Assembly (NCBI RefSeq): GCF_009914755.1
Contig: NC_060934.1
From: the human T2T-CHM13v2.0 reference genome, Homo sapiens
DNA: 64,000 bases
Strand: one strand, 5' to 3'
Below the pieces are notes generated by a model. It did no database searches. It was not told where the DNA came from and was given only the letters and a program-made list of their open reading frames with translations. Position numbers and translations under genes: made by a program. Shown piece by piece: positions 42,676-55,106 of the stretch (positions are counted from its first letter, which is position 1; every line of letters begins with the position of its first letter).

Positions 42676-42828
42676 CTGGTGGTATTTCTTCAGGATGTTG
42701 TGCATTTCGGCCACGTCTTCACTGGTAATAGTCTTGATGATGTATCTTTTGTCGTAGGAAGTGTGAAAACGAGCTCCACTGCGGGCCTGGGAGTCGTTGG
42801 GGAGGGGTGCGCTCCTGGTCAGGGAATT
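42676..42828 (-). CDS. PIP4K2A: PIP4K2A exon 4 (153 nt; [51 protein letters not shown])
   Basis: Acceptor gggaag|AATTCC, donor CAG|gtaatt; contains the G-loop (ARSGARF) and the IIK ATP-binding lysine. Confidence 0.97.
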
Positions 42829-43189
42829 CTTCCCGGGTGGGGTAAGAGGGGAAGGAAGGCGGGGGAAGATAACTAGTTAAAGGTGTGGCTTTCCGATTCC
42901 CAGATAATTTGTCATCATTGCAAGTTTTCAAAAACATTTGTGTGTGGGATAAATTGATAAGTAGGATGACAACATTTTTACATGCATCATAACTCACATT
43001 GCAAGCCTTTCAGATGAAATGAAAACAGCTTGAATTGTACTATGATTCTAATATCTTTAAAGCAGGCTAATGTCTAGAATTATAATCAAAGTAACTTTAA
43101 TCACTTAGTTCTTTTCAGAGTTGGACAAGCTCTCAAAGTTTTCTTCTGAATAAAATTAGGTTCCAGTCATAAAAGAAAATTTTACAGTC

Positions 43190-43415
43190 ACTGAGCATTT
43201 CCTTATATGACAGGTATCGTGCCAAGCATTTTGCACAGATTATTTCCCCCAATTCTGATAACATTCCCATGCAATGGTTACGATTGCTATCATCACTATT
43301 TTACAGATGAGGAGATGGGAATAAGAGAGGCTTAGTATCTGGGCAAAGGGCATATAGCTAATAAGGGAAGAGCTAGAATTCTGACTCCAGTGTGGCTGGC
43401 TCAGAATCCAAACTC
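43190..43415 (-). mobile_element. MIR
   Basis: attttacagatgaggagatgg...agagctagaatt. Confidence 0.75.
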
Positions 43416-43453
43416 TCAACTAGTAAACTACTCAACTAGTAAAGTACTTAACT
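43415..43453. repeat. 16-bp tandem repeat, about 2.4 copies
   Basis: ctcaactagtaaacta ctcaactagtaaagta cttaact. Confidence 0.85.
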
Positions 43454-45054
43454 TGCAGACTATGCTACCTGTGTGCCCCAGGAGGAGGAGGCAGGAGCCT
43501 GGGAGAGTGTCTTCTAAAACAGCTCCTCCTTAGGCGATTTGAATTTGGTCCATCCTCCACTCCCTACCACCATTTTTGAGAACTACTGATCTCCTGGAGG
43601 GTGGACAAGGACGGGCTCTGAGTAGGGGCTCTGCTGACATCATTCACTCCAAGATCTGGTTCATGCTAGTGACACTGGCTAGGTAGGTCTACCCTTCTCC
43701 TCCCATGTGACTCTTCCGTTCAGATCTCCTCTTTCTTACATCCTCCAAGAAGCCTCCTCCTTGCCCCAACCTCTTGACAATGGCCGTCCAGCCATGGGGT
43801 CTAGCAAACCCCTGGCCCCCAGAAAGTCTCGTCTCCATCCTTGCCGACTGCTCCTGAGCAGTGACTTTCACTCCTTGCCTGGCCCTGCGGGATGGCCTGT
43901 GTGGGATTCAAAGGCAAACATGCTTTCTCTCTTTAACTTGCTCTCTGAAGTGGGCATTCAAAGGCCTCAGTGGCCAAATGCTGTCAAGTTAAGGGAACAC
44001 AGATACCTTCAGAGGGGCAGGTGATAGATAGCTCTGCCCATGAATTTGCAAAAGAAAGAGTGCCTTTCTGTCTAGTATATTCCAGTCTCTTTATCCTTTC
44101 CTTCCTTTCTAGATGAAATCAACAGGACTGAACCACCTGAGGTAGAATCAATTGCAGCAGTGCAGGGGTTTACGCAGGCCCTACCTATGCCTGAAGAGAA
44201 AAGTGGCCCATGAGCAAATCTTCATCTTCCAGGATTCTCACCTCACCACCCTGGCATCCCCTGTGGTGGATCACACGTTCTGCAATAGCACACCTTGATC
44301 TGAAGGCAAGCAGGCGCACCTGCCAGATGCAGAGTCCAGGCCACCAAGTAACTGAATTTGCTTTCCTTAGCTTATTAGAAAACTTGAGAGAAGGAAAAAA
44401 AAAAATCTACATAATCCCCAATGACTTTAAATAGCAAGACTTGGCAGTGTTCAGTTATTCTTAAGACAACTAAAATTTATTAGATAGACTGAGAATGATA
44501 AAAATGACTTTCAGGATGAAAATGCCTACATTAACAAGAGTTTAATTCTTAATTACATTTTTCTTTCCTAAAACATGAACAAGATCTCCTTTATACTACT
44601 TCCCACTTAGAACAAAAAGGAAGAAAATCAAAGTGAATTTCCCCTTGTGGGGTTTTAAATGCTAGCCCCCAAAAAGCAATTATTGCTCTTTGTTAGTGGT
44701 CTTACTTTTTTCTTGCAATCACTAATTTGCAAAAGGGTATTTCTTTCAAATAAAACAAGAACTCTAGGAACTGTAAGATTGCAGATTATCTTTGGGCATA
44801 AAATCAAAGTGGGAACAATCAAGTTTATGAAAGCCAGGTGGAGCAGACCAAGTGGAACAGACCTTAAACTCTGTCAAACTGACAATACGTGTAAAACAAC
44901 TTTTGGGGGATGGGGAATAGTAAAGGAGAACTGTATTCAGCACAGGATAGAATTCCAGCAGCCTCAGTTTCATAGATCGTTTTCTTATGCACATTAGATA
45001 GGACAGTATAACGTCCTCTCATGGGCCAATAGGGTGAATCAAAAGCTGCATAGT

Positions 45055-45201
45055 CAGTGCATCTCAAACTTAACAAGCAACTGAATCACCCAGGGATCAT
45101 GTGAAAATGCAGATTCTGATCCAGCAGGTCAGGGGTGGGGCATTTTCAGAAGTAGATGCTGCTGCTGGAGTGGGTCTGCAGACCACACATGAGAACCAAG
45201 G
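45055..45201 (+). mobile_element. MER5A-like hAT element
   Basis: tctcaaactt...gaatcaccc...aaaatgcagattctgatccagcaggtc...gaccacac...gagaacca. Confidence 0.75.
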
Positions 45202-45441
45202 TCTACAGAATGGTGTTTACCCTGTGTTTTACTGGCATGCAGCACGTAAAGTCTAGCGTATTAAGTACATTATAATTACAGACTTACCGGCACTCATGCC
45301 TTTCCCATTATATTCTCTACACCTCTAGTTCGATTAAAATGGGAAACTTTATAGTTCAGAATAATAATTCATGGCATTTACTTTACTAATTAAAGAAGGG
45401 TTTAATAATACTATGTACCAGTACCAGGACAATGTACAGGG

Positions 45442-45745
45442 TTTTTTATTTTTATTTTTTGAGACAGGTTCTCACTGTGTTGCCCAGGCTGGAGTACAAT
45501 GGTGCGATCTTGGCTCACTGCAGCCTTGATCTCCTGGACTCAAGTGATTCTCGTGCCTCTGCCTCCTGAGTAGCTGGGATTATAGGCATGTGCCACCATG
45601 CCCAGCTAATTTTTTTATTTTTAGTAGAGACAGGGTTTTGCCATTCTGGCCAGGGTGATCTCGAACTCCTGGCCTCAAGTGATCTATCTGCCTGCCTTGG
45701 CCTCCCAAAGTGCTGGGATTACAGGCATGAGCCACCATGCCCAGC
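45442..45745 (-). mobile_element. Alu (J/S-like)
   Basis: T-rich tail followed by reverse Alu. Confidence 0.9.
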
Positions 45746-46524
45746 GCAACATATGGGTTTATAAAGGGCTGGAAACGTAAAAGCAAATAATGTAGGAACT
45801 CCTTAGCTCAGATACTACCTCTTCCCCAGTTTGTGCCTTTTCTTTCAATTTCAAAGGCATTACTATAATCATATATGCAGACACTGGATTAGGATATCAG
45901 CCATGTCTTCACCCTGGGATATAAAACCTTAAAAATTCGAATCTTGATTCTGTCTCAAATCACCATTTTAATAATCCACGTGAGTAGCCCCAACCCACAC
46001 TATCTGAATATTTTTAAGGTTCATGAACATGAAATAACCAATGAAGTTAGGAACACTGTGTCAAAACATAGAATGTACCTTTCATATCACTATGAATATA
46101 AAAATACATAAATCAAGTGTATTAAAAGCCTTATCTGATAAGGAGGAAATCAAAAGAGTTCATGCAATTCTATACAAAACGCCTGATCCTTGGAATGATT
46201 CTAAGGCCTGGAAAAATCCAACTCATTATTTCATATTTATTTTCACAATATTCCTGTGAGAGAGGAAAAGCTAGATCCATTTTTCCCACCTCAAGATAAA
46301 GAAACTAGTGTACAATGGAGCCAAGCAATGTGCCTAAGATTCCTGTCTAAAGCTTTCTATGAACTAACCAAAAAGGGCGATTTACAAAGATAAGACTAAA
46401 CTTCTGTCATCATAATCATAGACTTTTTGTAGCCTTTAAAATAAAGTAAAATTGTTTATGTATTTTTATTATCATTTACTTTCTTGCCTTCTTCCAAGGC
46501 ATGCAGCAGACATGTGTTTTTAAA

Positions 46525-46817
<293 letters not shown>

Positions 46818-46933
46818 CTAGAACATTCATCAGTTCTTGTAGATTGCATTTAGTCTCTTTGAGCCTTAGTTTCCGGGTCTATGAAGTGATGGAAAATAAG
46901 CTTGGGGAGAGAACAGGCTGAATTAGACCTCTA

Positions 46934-47311
<378 letters not shown>

Positions 47312-49131
47312 CTAGGAAATGCTGTAAAGCATGGGCCTCGGAAGGTGACTCAGGACAACCGTCCCAAGAAACAGAGTCCGATCAGAAGACAGTACAACCA
47401 TCATCTCAGCAGGGGCCTAATGATGGTTTAGGACACCTGGGCTGAGATGAAAGAGAACATGCAGTGAAAATAACACTTCACAGATTCCAGATGTATTCAG
47501 GACAACGTCAGCTAGAACGAGCACATGAGCTCAGGGAAGGAGGTCTTATATCTTCAACACAGTCACTGTGCTGCCTCAAAACAGTCTATCTACTGACACT
47601 GAATAAGAAACTCCTCAGTGTGCTTTGTTTTGTTGCAAAGGAAAAAGGAATCACAGCATGATGTTGGATGCTTGGACAAGTTGGGAGGCCCTTGATGGAA
47701 ACAGAGCTTGGGAGTGACCTTCAGGTGCCCCCGAGGGGTCCCTCCATGTATAAATAAACCTCAAAGAGCATTAGAGTTGGAAGCAACCTTGGAGATGATT
47801 CCAAACCACTCAATATACAGATAAGAAAACAGACCCAGAGAGCAGAAATGACTTGCCCAACTCAGTTCTCCAACATCAGGTGGGCTGGTGTACATGGAGG
47901 GCCCTGCAGGGGCCCTGCCCAGAGCCTCCATCTCCCCCTGCCGTGCTGCTTCCCTGCCTGGGCTCCAGAGTATGGTGGGCATTATGAAGGGACAGTCATT
48001 TTTCTATAGTGACATACACCTTCTAATGCCAATTTAGAGTGTGAGCCAGCTGGCACAAAACCAAACCTGTCTTCAGGTTTTCGATTTTGCCAAGTAAAGT
48101 GTGTAGAAAATATCAGTAACAGCCACAGTGCTAATGCAGTCCGGAGTCTGTTATTTACACTTTTATTAACATGTGTACAAAGCTATCTGAACTCATTCTA
48201 GGACTGTTCATTACTTTACATTAACTGAGTAGGAAGAGTAGGAGCTGTCTTCTCTCCACGCAGGAGCTGAGACAGATGTGTTTGTGGAATAAGCCTTTGG
48301 GACAGGAAGACCGTGCTGCTGAGCCCTGGGCCCAGAGTCAGGCACTCACACAGCGTAACACAGGGCTGAAGGAGGACCAGCACTTAGCATTTCCTGTGAG
48401 TCCTGTTGACTGTGGTGACGATGTCAACCCTAAGAATTCTTCACATTTCTGACCATGTGGCACACTGCATCATGTCTATTTAAATTAGTTTATGTGGTCT
48501 GAGAATTGTCGGAGGTTCTTGTTTTCCTCCTGTCACTGGTTTCTGCCTTTAGAAGACTGTCCCATCCACTTTCTCTGCTTACAACTCCACAGATTTTCTT
48601 CACAAAGAATGCCAAAGTTGAAAGGAGCAATCTTTTATACTGGGAGTGCTGAATTCTGGGTTACTCTATATTCTATATGCACTCTCTATACTACTAAGCT
48701 GGGAGGATTAAAAAAAACGAGAAGGGAAAAAAAGAAATTAAGATGAAATTTGCAAGTTAAGACCAGCTCTGCATGGAAAAAAAAAAGCCTAGCAGAAGAC
48801 ACCATTTAGAAAAATTCTTTCTCTTCTCAATCACCTAATTTAAAAGGGCAAATCTGAGATGAAGCTGATCCTACCTAAGGCCTTAAAAACACCCTTTAGA
48901 GGGCTGGTTTAGTCCTCTTCATCTCCAAAGTAAAATATTCACTTTCTGGAACACTTACCCTTATCTACCTGTCTGTCTTCAGGAGAAAGCAGCCAGATAA
49001 AATTACCCAGTGAAATCCACCCAGGCTTTGGAGAGATCTACTCTCATTAAAAATCAAATTCCTTGTCATGGACACACTTGGAGAGTTATATGGTCTGCAA
49101 TAAAGTGACATTATTTAAATTCAAAATTGGG

Positions 49132-49432
49132 GGCTGGGCACAGTGGCTAATGCCTGTAATCCTAGCACTTTTGGAGGCTGAGGTGGGAAGATCACTTGAG
49201 GCCAGGAGTTTGGGACCAGCCTGGGCAGCATAGTAAGGCTCTGTGTCTACATAGCATTAAAAAATTAGCCGGATGTGGTGGTGCGTGCTTGTAGTTCTAG
49301 CTATAAGGAAGGCTGAGGTTGGAGGATCACTTGAGCTGAGGAGTTCGAGGCTGCAGCGAGCCATGATTGTACCACTGCACTCCAGCCTAGTTGACAGACA
49401 GAGACTCTGTTAAAAAATAAAAACAAACAGAC
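49132..49432 (+). mobile_element. AluJ-like
   Basis: Dimer; TSD caaaattgggg. Confidence 0.88.
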
Positions 49433-50092
49433 AAAATTGGGGATTCTGCACCTATCAGTTCAAAAGTGACAGTAAGTTATTTCCTAAAGGCCTCAATAAT
49501 AACTTACATGTTAAAAGGAGAATTTAAAATTTCACAAGGAAGTTTCAGATTGAAAATTCCCAGCCCACAAGGTCTTCCTTCTATTGCTGGCCCCTGCTCA
49601 CTTCCCTGTGACCTCTCAAACCAGACATGGGCAAAGGACATAGATGACGACAAAACAGAATGGACCCAGGAAGCAGCCTCAGAGTGTCAGGGTGATCCAT
49701 CTCAACAGCAATGGGCTGAAGTCAGGGCTTTGCGTCCTCCCTCCAACTCACCCTTCCCACCTCCCTTACTCTGTTATCTGATTATCTGCAAAGAAAGACA
49801 GCTGGACTTAATGGTCTCTAAGCTTCCTGCTCATTCTTCTAATTATTATTCTGCTGTCAGTTTGTAGAGACTTAGGGAATGGACGATGATTTACTATTAG
49901 TTTATGGGAAAAAAATCTAATAATCAACATGCACAAACTGCAAAAATACACTTTCTTCATTGGCTATTCCTTTTCTTCTTTCTATACATTTGATAGTTTC
50001 ATATTATAAATTACGAAATTAGTTAAAGTCACCTGTTCTAAATAAAAATACTGATACCATAACCCATCCCAAAAAAAAAACAACAGCCAAAA

Positions 50093-50190
50093 TCAACTTT
50101 GGGAAAAACTGTCTCTTATCGAATAAATTAAACTAGTTTCAACCTTTTGGGAAAAAACGTCTCTTACTGAATAAATTAAACGAGTTTCAA
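50093..50190. repeat. Diverged tandem duplication, 2 x about 47 bp
   Basis: tcaactttgggaaaaactgtctcttatcgaataaattaaactagtt / tcaaccttttgggaaaaaacgtctcttactgaataaattaaacgagtt. Confidence 0.88.
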
Positions 50191-50204
50191 ACTCCAAGCA
50201 TTCT

Positions 50205-50487
50205 TCTTCCTTGAGATATGACTCACATATCATATGACTCACCTATTTAAAGTATACAACTCAACAGTTTTTAATGTTTTCACCAAATCATGCAACCATG
50301 ACCACAATCATTTTTAGAGCATTTTCATGACTCCAAAAAGAAACCTGAACCTATCTGCAATCACTCCCATTCCTTCCCCTATCCCCCAGCCTAGAAAGGC
50401 CACTGATCTTTGTCTCTATATATCTGCCCATTCTGGACATTTCATATGGATGTAACCATACATTACACAGGTGTTTGTGACTGGCCC
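50205..50487 (-). mobile_element. L1MB-like 3' end
   Basis: ttgagatat...atttaaagtatacaactca...cattctggacatttcatat...tgtgactggc. Confidence 0.75.
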
Positions 50488-52155
50488 AAACATTGATCTT
50501 TCAAGTGCCCTAGCCTAGACACACTCATCCACCATGAGGCTGTCTCTGGATGAGTGAGGTGACCTGGCAAGTGCTCTCTACTCAGGCCAGCACCCATACA
50601 CGATTGCAGTGGACACATCACAGCCAATAAATGTTGCTTCTAAGTTTGCTCCTAGCATAGGGAGCTAGAGAAAAACGAACAGTTGGACAAACATTCAAGT
50701 TCTAGGGCAAAGCTGTATGATGCAGGGCAGGTAAGAGTATGACAATTTAGTTCATTTTCGCCTATTTTGCAACGTGGTGAATAAATGTACTTTTCCCATA
50801 GCCAAATACCTTTCCTACCTTACACTATCCTAGCTCAAACCACAAAAGCTGTTTGAGGCTCTGGTGCTATCTCGGTCCTCTCAACAGCAAATAAAGGAAG
50901 GCAATGATAGATGAAGCTCCCTCTGTAATGCCTTTTTACATTTATAACTGGAAATTTATTGTCCTTTCCCTTAAGAAAAGGATTAACGATGCTGTCCTTT
51001 CCCCCTTCCTCTAAACGTCTGCGCTGAAGATGTTTATTTCCGCAGTCGGAGGTCCAGGATTAGTGGAGCCCCCAGAAGGGGGAAGGAAACATAAATGTCA
51101 ATTTAATTAGCTCATTCTTACCGCCAATCTTTTCTCTCTCTCATAAAAGTGTCCTCATTTAGTAACAGTTACTTTTCCCTGCATTTTTTAAACAACCAAG
51201 CATTTTGCATATTTAATTCTCTTGAACTAATCACGTAAGTCTTGTATAATTTGTTTTTTTTTTCCATTTTGATGGTCGTTTGTATACATTCTGCTAAAAA
51301 TCATGTATGAAAAGTTTTCATTTTTGGTTGAAAGAGGGGCCACTTAAACTTTGCCATGCTCAAATGTGTAAAGCCACCCTCGTATAAGGGAACATGCCAA
51401 TACCGTGCAGAACTCACGTGACAGCCATCTCCTCACGGTGGCACAGTAATAGATTTAGAGACCTGACAGCTGGGGGGCCGGAGAGAGCACTGTGTCCCTC
51501 TCCTCATGTTATGGATGAGGAAACTGAGACCCACCAGGGGTGAGTGAGTATCTCATGGTCACAGCATCAGTCACTGAAGATCCAAGACTCAACCAGGCCT
51601 CCTAACTTCCCGGAAATATTCTTTTCCCCAACCCTGGCTACCTGTTTCATGGACTTGAAATCTGGAAACCAATCACTGCCCTGCTGACAGCTCAGGATTA
51701 TGATTACATGCCTCGAATCACACGGCCCAGGAGACAGGAGCAACTTGTCTGGAGAAGGCTGCTTTCTGGGTCTGCAGTTGACATATCTGAGCGAGCACAG
51801 ATGGTCCTCTGACCCCGCCAGAGAGTTGAAGACCAATGTGGAACTTGAACATCATCATCAAGGATTTATTAAATGCCCACTGTGTTCAAAGCCCTGTGTT
51901 AAGCTCTTGGGGAATTTCAAAGAAAATCTAAGCTGTGATCTCAAGCGAAGAATAGCTTTCATTATAGAGGGGAGCAAGACACAGTGCAATTTAACACTTA
52001 TCAATAATGAAACAACTTATCAGAAAAAAAGAATATAAAAATGAAAGGCAATGACCAACAGAGAAAGCAACAGAGTTGCAGAAACTTCACAGAGTGCCAT
52101 GAGATCATCTTCTAAATCTCAGCTGCTGTTTCACGATGATTAAAACACCAGGGAC

Positions 52156-52184
52156 CCAGCCTGGGCAACAGAGCGAGACTGTCT

Positions 52185-52228
<44 letters not shown>
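52156..52228 (+). mobile_element. Severely 5'-truncated Alu (about 30 nt) with A43 tail
   Basis: ccagcctgggcaacagagcgagactgtctc(A)43; flanked by accagggac / accaggaac. Confidence 0.85.
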
Positions 52229-52230
<2 letters not shown>

Positions 52231-53171
52231 AGGAACATGTCCCCAAGGCTCACGGTAAACACAGCGTTTAACCTGGAGAGAAGCACCCAGTAGCAAGGAT
52301 GACTGGCTGTCAGCTCTCTGTCAAAAGCCACGAGGCAAAACCCAAAGCAGGTTTGAGGCGGGAAACACAGGCTAACAGGAAGCCTGGGGTCCCAGGTGGG
52401 GGCAGGTGGTGGTAGGAACAGTAATTTGCTCAGTTCATAAACAGGACTTGAAACAGTGCAAGAAATGCCTGCTGACCCTGATGGGCTGTGAGGGAGCTTC
52501 CCCCAGTCTATCAAGAGGCTGTCCAATCAGAGAGGGGCCTCCCTTGGGTCTCAGCCTCAGTGCGTCTCTGAGCAGGGTGGAGTTTCCTTCCAGGGCAGCT
52601 AAACTGTGAGGACAAATGGAGCAAACCCAACAGGCAACTACTAGTGATAAAGGAATGACAGTGCTTAGGCATTAGAGGAGCAAGCACAGGGGTGATGGTG
52701 TAGGTTGAGCATTAGAGTTGGACCAAGGAGGAGTCCCACAAGCACGACTGTGCCAATCCTCACCACAGCTGGACCTCTGCTCCAACCTCATTCAGAGTTG
52801 TGACCCAGAATGCCCAATGCAGGCCACAAGCCTCACCAGGTATCCTACCACTACGGTAAGTCAACAGGTCAAAAACTCAACTCCATCTTCCTTTCTATCC
52901 ACCTGTAGCCCCAAACATCCCTCCCTCTGTGACCCGCATCCCTGCTCTCTTAGCTTTCAGGTCCCAGTGCCTCTGTGGCTCTTGTCCTTTGCCACTGGCC
53001 ACTGAACCTGTGGGTTTACTTCTCTCAATGTCTTTTCAAGCTGCTCCGTGCTTTACATGGTGGGTGACGGAGGCTTGGCTCACTGGGATTTCATGGTCTC
53101 CTGATTTCCTTATCTCCCTTCTATGCATTCTATAAATTACAATGCAGTTATCTTTAGAAAATACAGACCTC

Positions 53172-53455
53172 GGGTGGGTGCAGTGGCTCACATCTGTAAT
53201 CCCAGTACTTTGGGAGGCTAAGGTGGGTGGATCGCTTGAGCCCAGGAGTTCGAGACCAGCCTGGGCAACATGGCAAAACCCTGTGTCTTCAAAAATTACA
53301 AAACTTAGCTGGGCATAGTGGCACATACCTGTAGTCCCAGGTACTCAGGGGGCTGAAGTGGCAGGATCGATTGAGCCCAGGAGTTGGGAGGCTGCAGTGA
53401 GCCAAGATTGTGCCACTGTACTCCAGCCTGGGCAACAGAGTGAAACTCTGTCTAT

Positions 53456-53488
<33 letters not shown>

Positions 53489-53514
53489 GAAAGAAAAAGA
53501 AAAAAGAAAAGAAA
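53172..53514 (+). mobile_element. AluJ-like with (AAAAG)n tail
   Basis: TSD agaaaatacaga. Confidence 0.9.
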
Positions 53515-53764
53515 AGAAAATACAGATGTCATGACATTGCCATTCCCCTGAGCAAAACCCACAGGGCTGCTCGCTGGCAGCAGAATCGGCCCAGTGTCCC
53601 TGGTGTCTTTGTGTTTCTTGCTATTTTAACATCTTTATCTCCCACTATTCTGCCACCATCCAAATACCTTCACATTTCATGGGCTCTCCTGCCTTCCGCT
53701 TGGGCCCAGAGAGTTCACTTCTCTTCAAAGTCCCCATTAGCCCTCACTCTCTTTCACAAATATT

Positions 53765-53908
53765 TCTTATTTACTTATTTATTTTTCATGTTTTTAGAGA
53801 TGGTGTCTCACTGTGTTGCCCAGGCTGGTCTCGAACTCCTGGGCTCAAGAGATCCTCCTGCACTGGCCACCTGAGTAGCTGGGATTACAGGTGTGGCCAC
53901 TGTCCTGA
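53765..53908 (-). mobile_element. Alu monomer (FLAM-like)
   Basis: Single reverse arm. Confidence 0.8.
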
Positions 53909-54471
53909 CTGCAAATATTTCTTAAGTGCCTGCTGAGCCCAGCATTGTGCTCAACGGGTGACAGGCAGCCAGGAAACACAAACACTGCTCCTGCCCTCAG
54001 GCAGTTTAAAGTCAAAAGTGAGAAATCTACAAGTAAAAGTTTCAGAGGATAGACTTGATATTCTAGAGATAAAGGCAGAATTCCTGCTGCCCCACTTCAA
54101 GTTTAGTATACACTGAAGGTCTTAACACTTTAGAATTTTATTTCTAAACTTGAAATAAGAATATCAAAAGTTTAAAATGTTAGCTCTTAAAATTAATTAT
54201 TTTAAAATTAGAATTCTCTGTTACAAACACAAAGAAGAAAGGGCATCAGATGTCAATAATGAGGGATTCTAATTCAGGAGTCACGGTAGGGGAAAAGCAA
54301 ACCTGGTATTATCCTCCACAGTGAACAAGAGGCCTCACTTTCAAATGTGTGGTCTATTTAGGTTTAACAGCATCAGCTCCCTCCTGCATAACTTTTTGGT
54401 TTCTGGGAGGCAACCCTCTCTGGCAGCTACTAAATGTAACTGAAGCCTCCGTTTGACTTCCCAGGGCTGTT

Positions 54472-54591
54472 TAATGTTCTTCATGAAAATCTGCACCCCT
54501 CTTTCCAGTCTCTCTGGGTATAAACATAAGAGACGATCAAATGAGTATAAGAGACTGGAAAGAGGGGTGCAGATTTTCATGAAGAACATTA
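54472..54591. repeat. Perfect 42-bp inverted repeat with 36-nt spacer
   Basis: 54472-54513 is the exact reverse complement of 54550-54591. Confidence 0.97.
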
Positions 54592-55040
54592 CAAATCAAG
54601 ATGCTGGGTTTCTGTAAATCTCGTTAGCATCTAATACAGAATCTGGTATGCAATAGTTTTTAAAGAAAGTGATGCTTCACCCTTTCTTCTCTCTGCATTC
54701 CCTAAAACGGCTAGCACAGAGCCTGACATGTGGTAGGTACAAACAAATACTTTGACTGGATAATTATGCATGAAATCCCAGACCTCAGGGTGATCAGGGC
54801 TTAAGGGGGCAGTGGTAATGGTAGACACAGGACTGCGGCTATAGTCACAGAACAGGCCTCCCAGGCAGCATTCATCCTGAAACACACCTTTAAAGTATGA
54901 CGATGGATATCATGCTGGCCAAACAATGATCAGAACCTTGATGACACACTGATTCAACCCTGAGCATATTACAAACCTATCATGCAATTTAAAAATGCCC
55001 TAATGAATTGGAAAAAGTTCTGAATCTAGAAGCACTGGTT

Positions 55041-55067
55041 ACACACATGCGCGAGCACACACGCGCG

Positions 55068-55099
<32 letters not shown>
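55041..55099. repeat. (CA)n microsatellite with CG repeats
   Basis: acacacatgcgcgagcacacacgcgcgcacgcacacac... Confidence 0.9.

Positions 55100-55106
<7 letters not shown>

Noticed and set aside
48959-48976. Strong GTAAGT donor with nearby AG acceptors
   Set aside because: Would be an 18-nt or shorter exon with a stop or frameshift; no supporting evidence.
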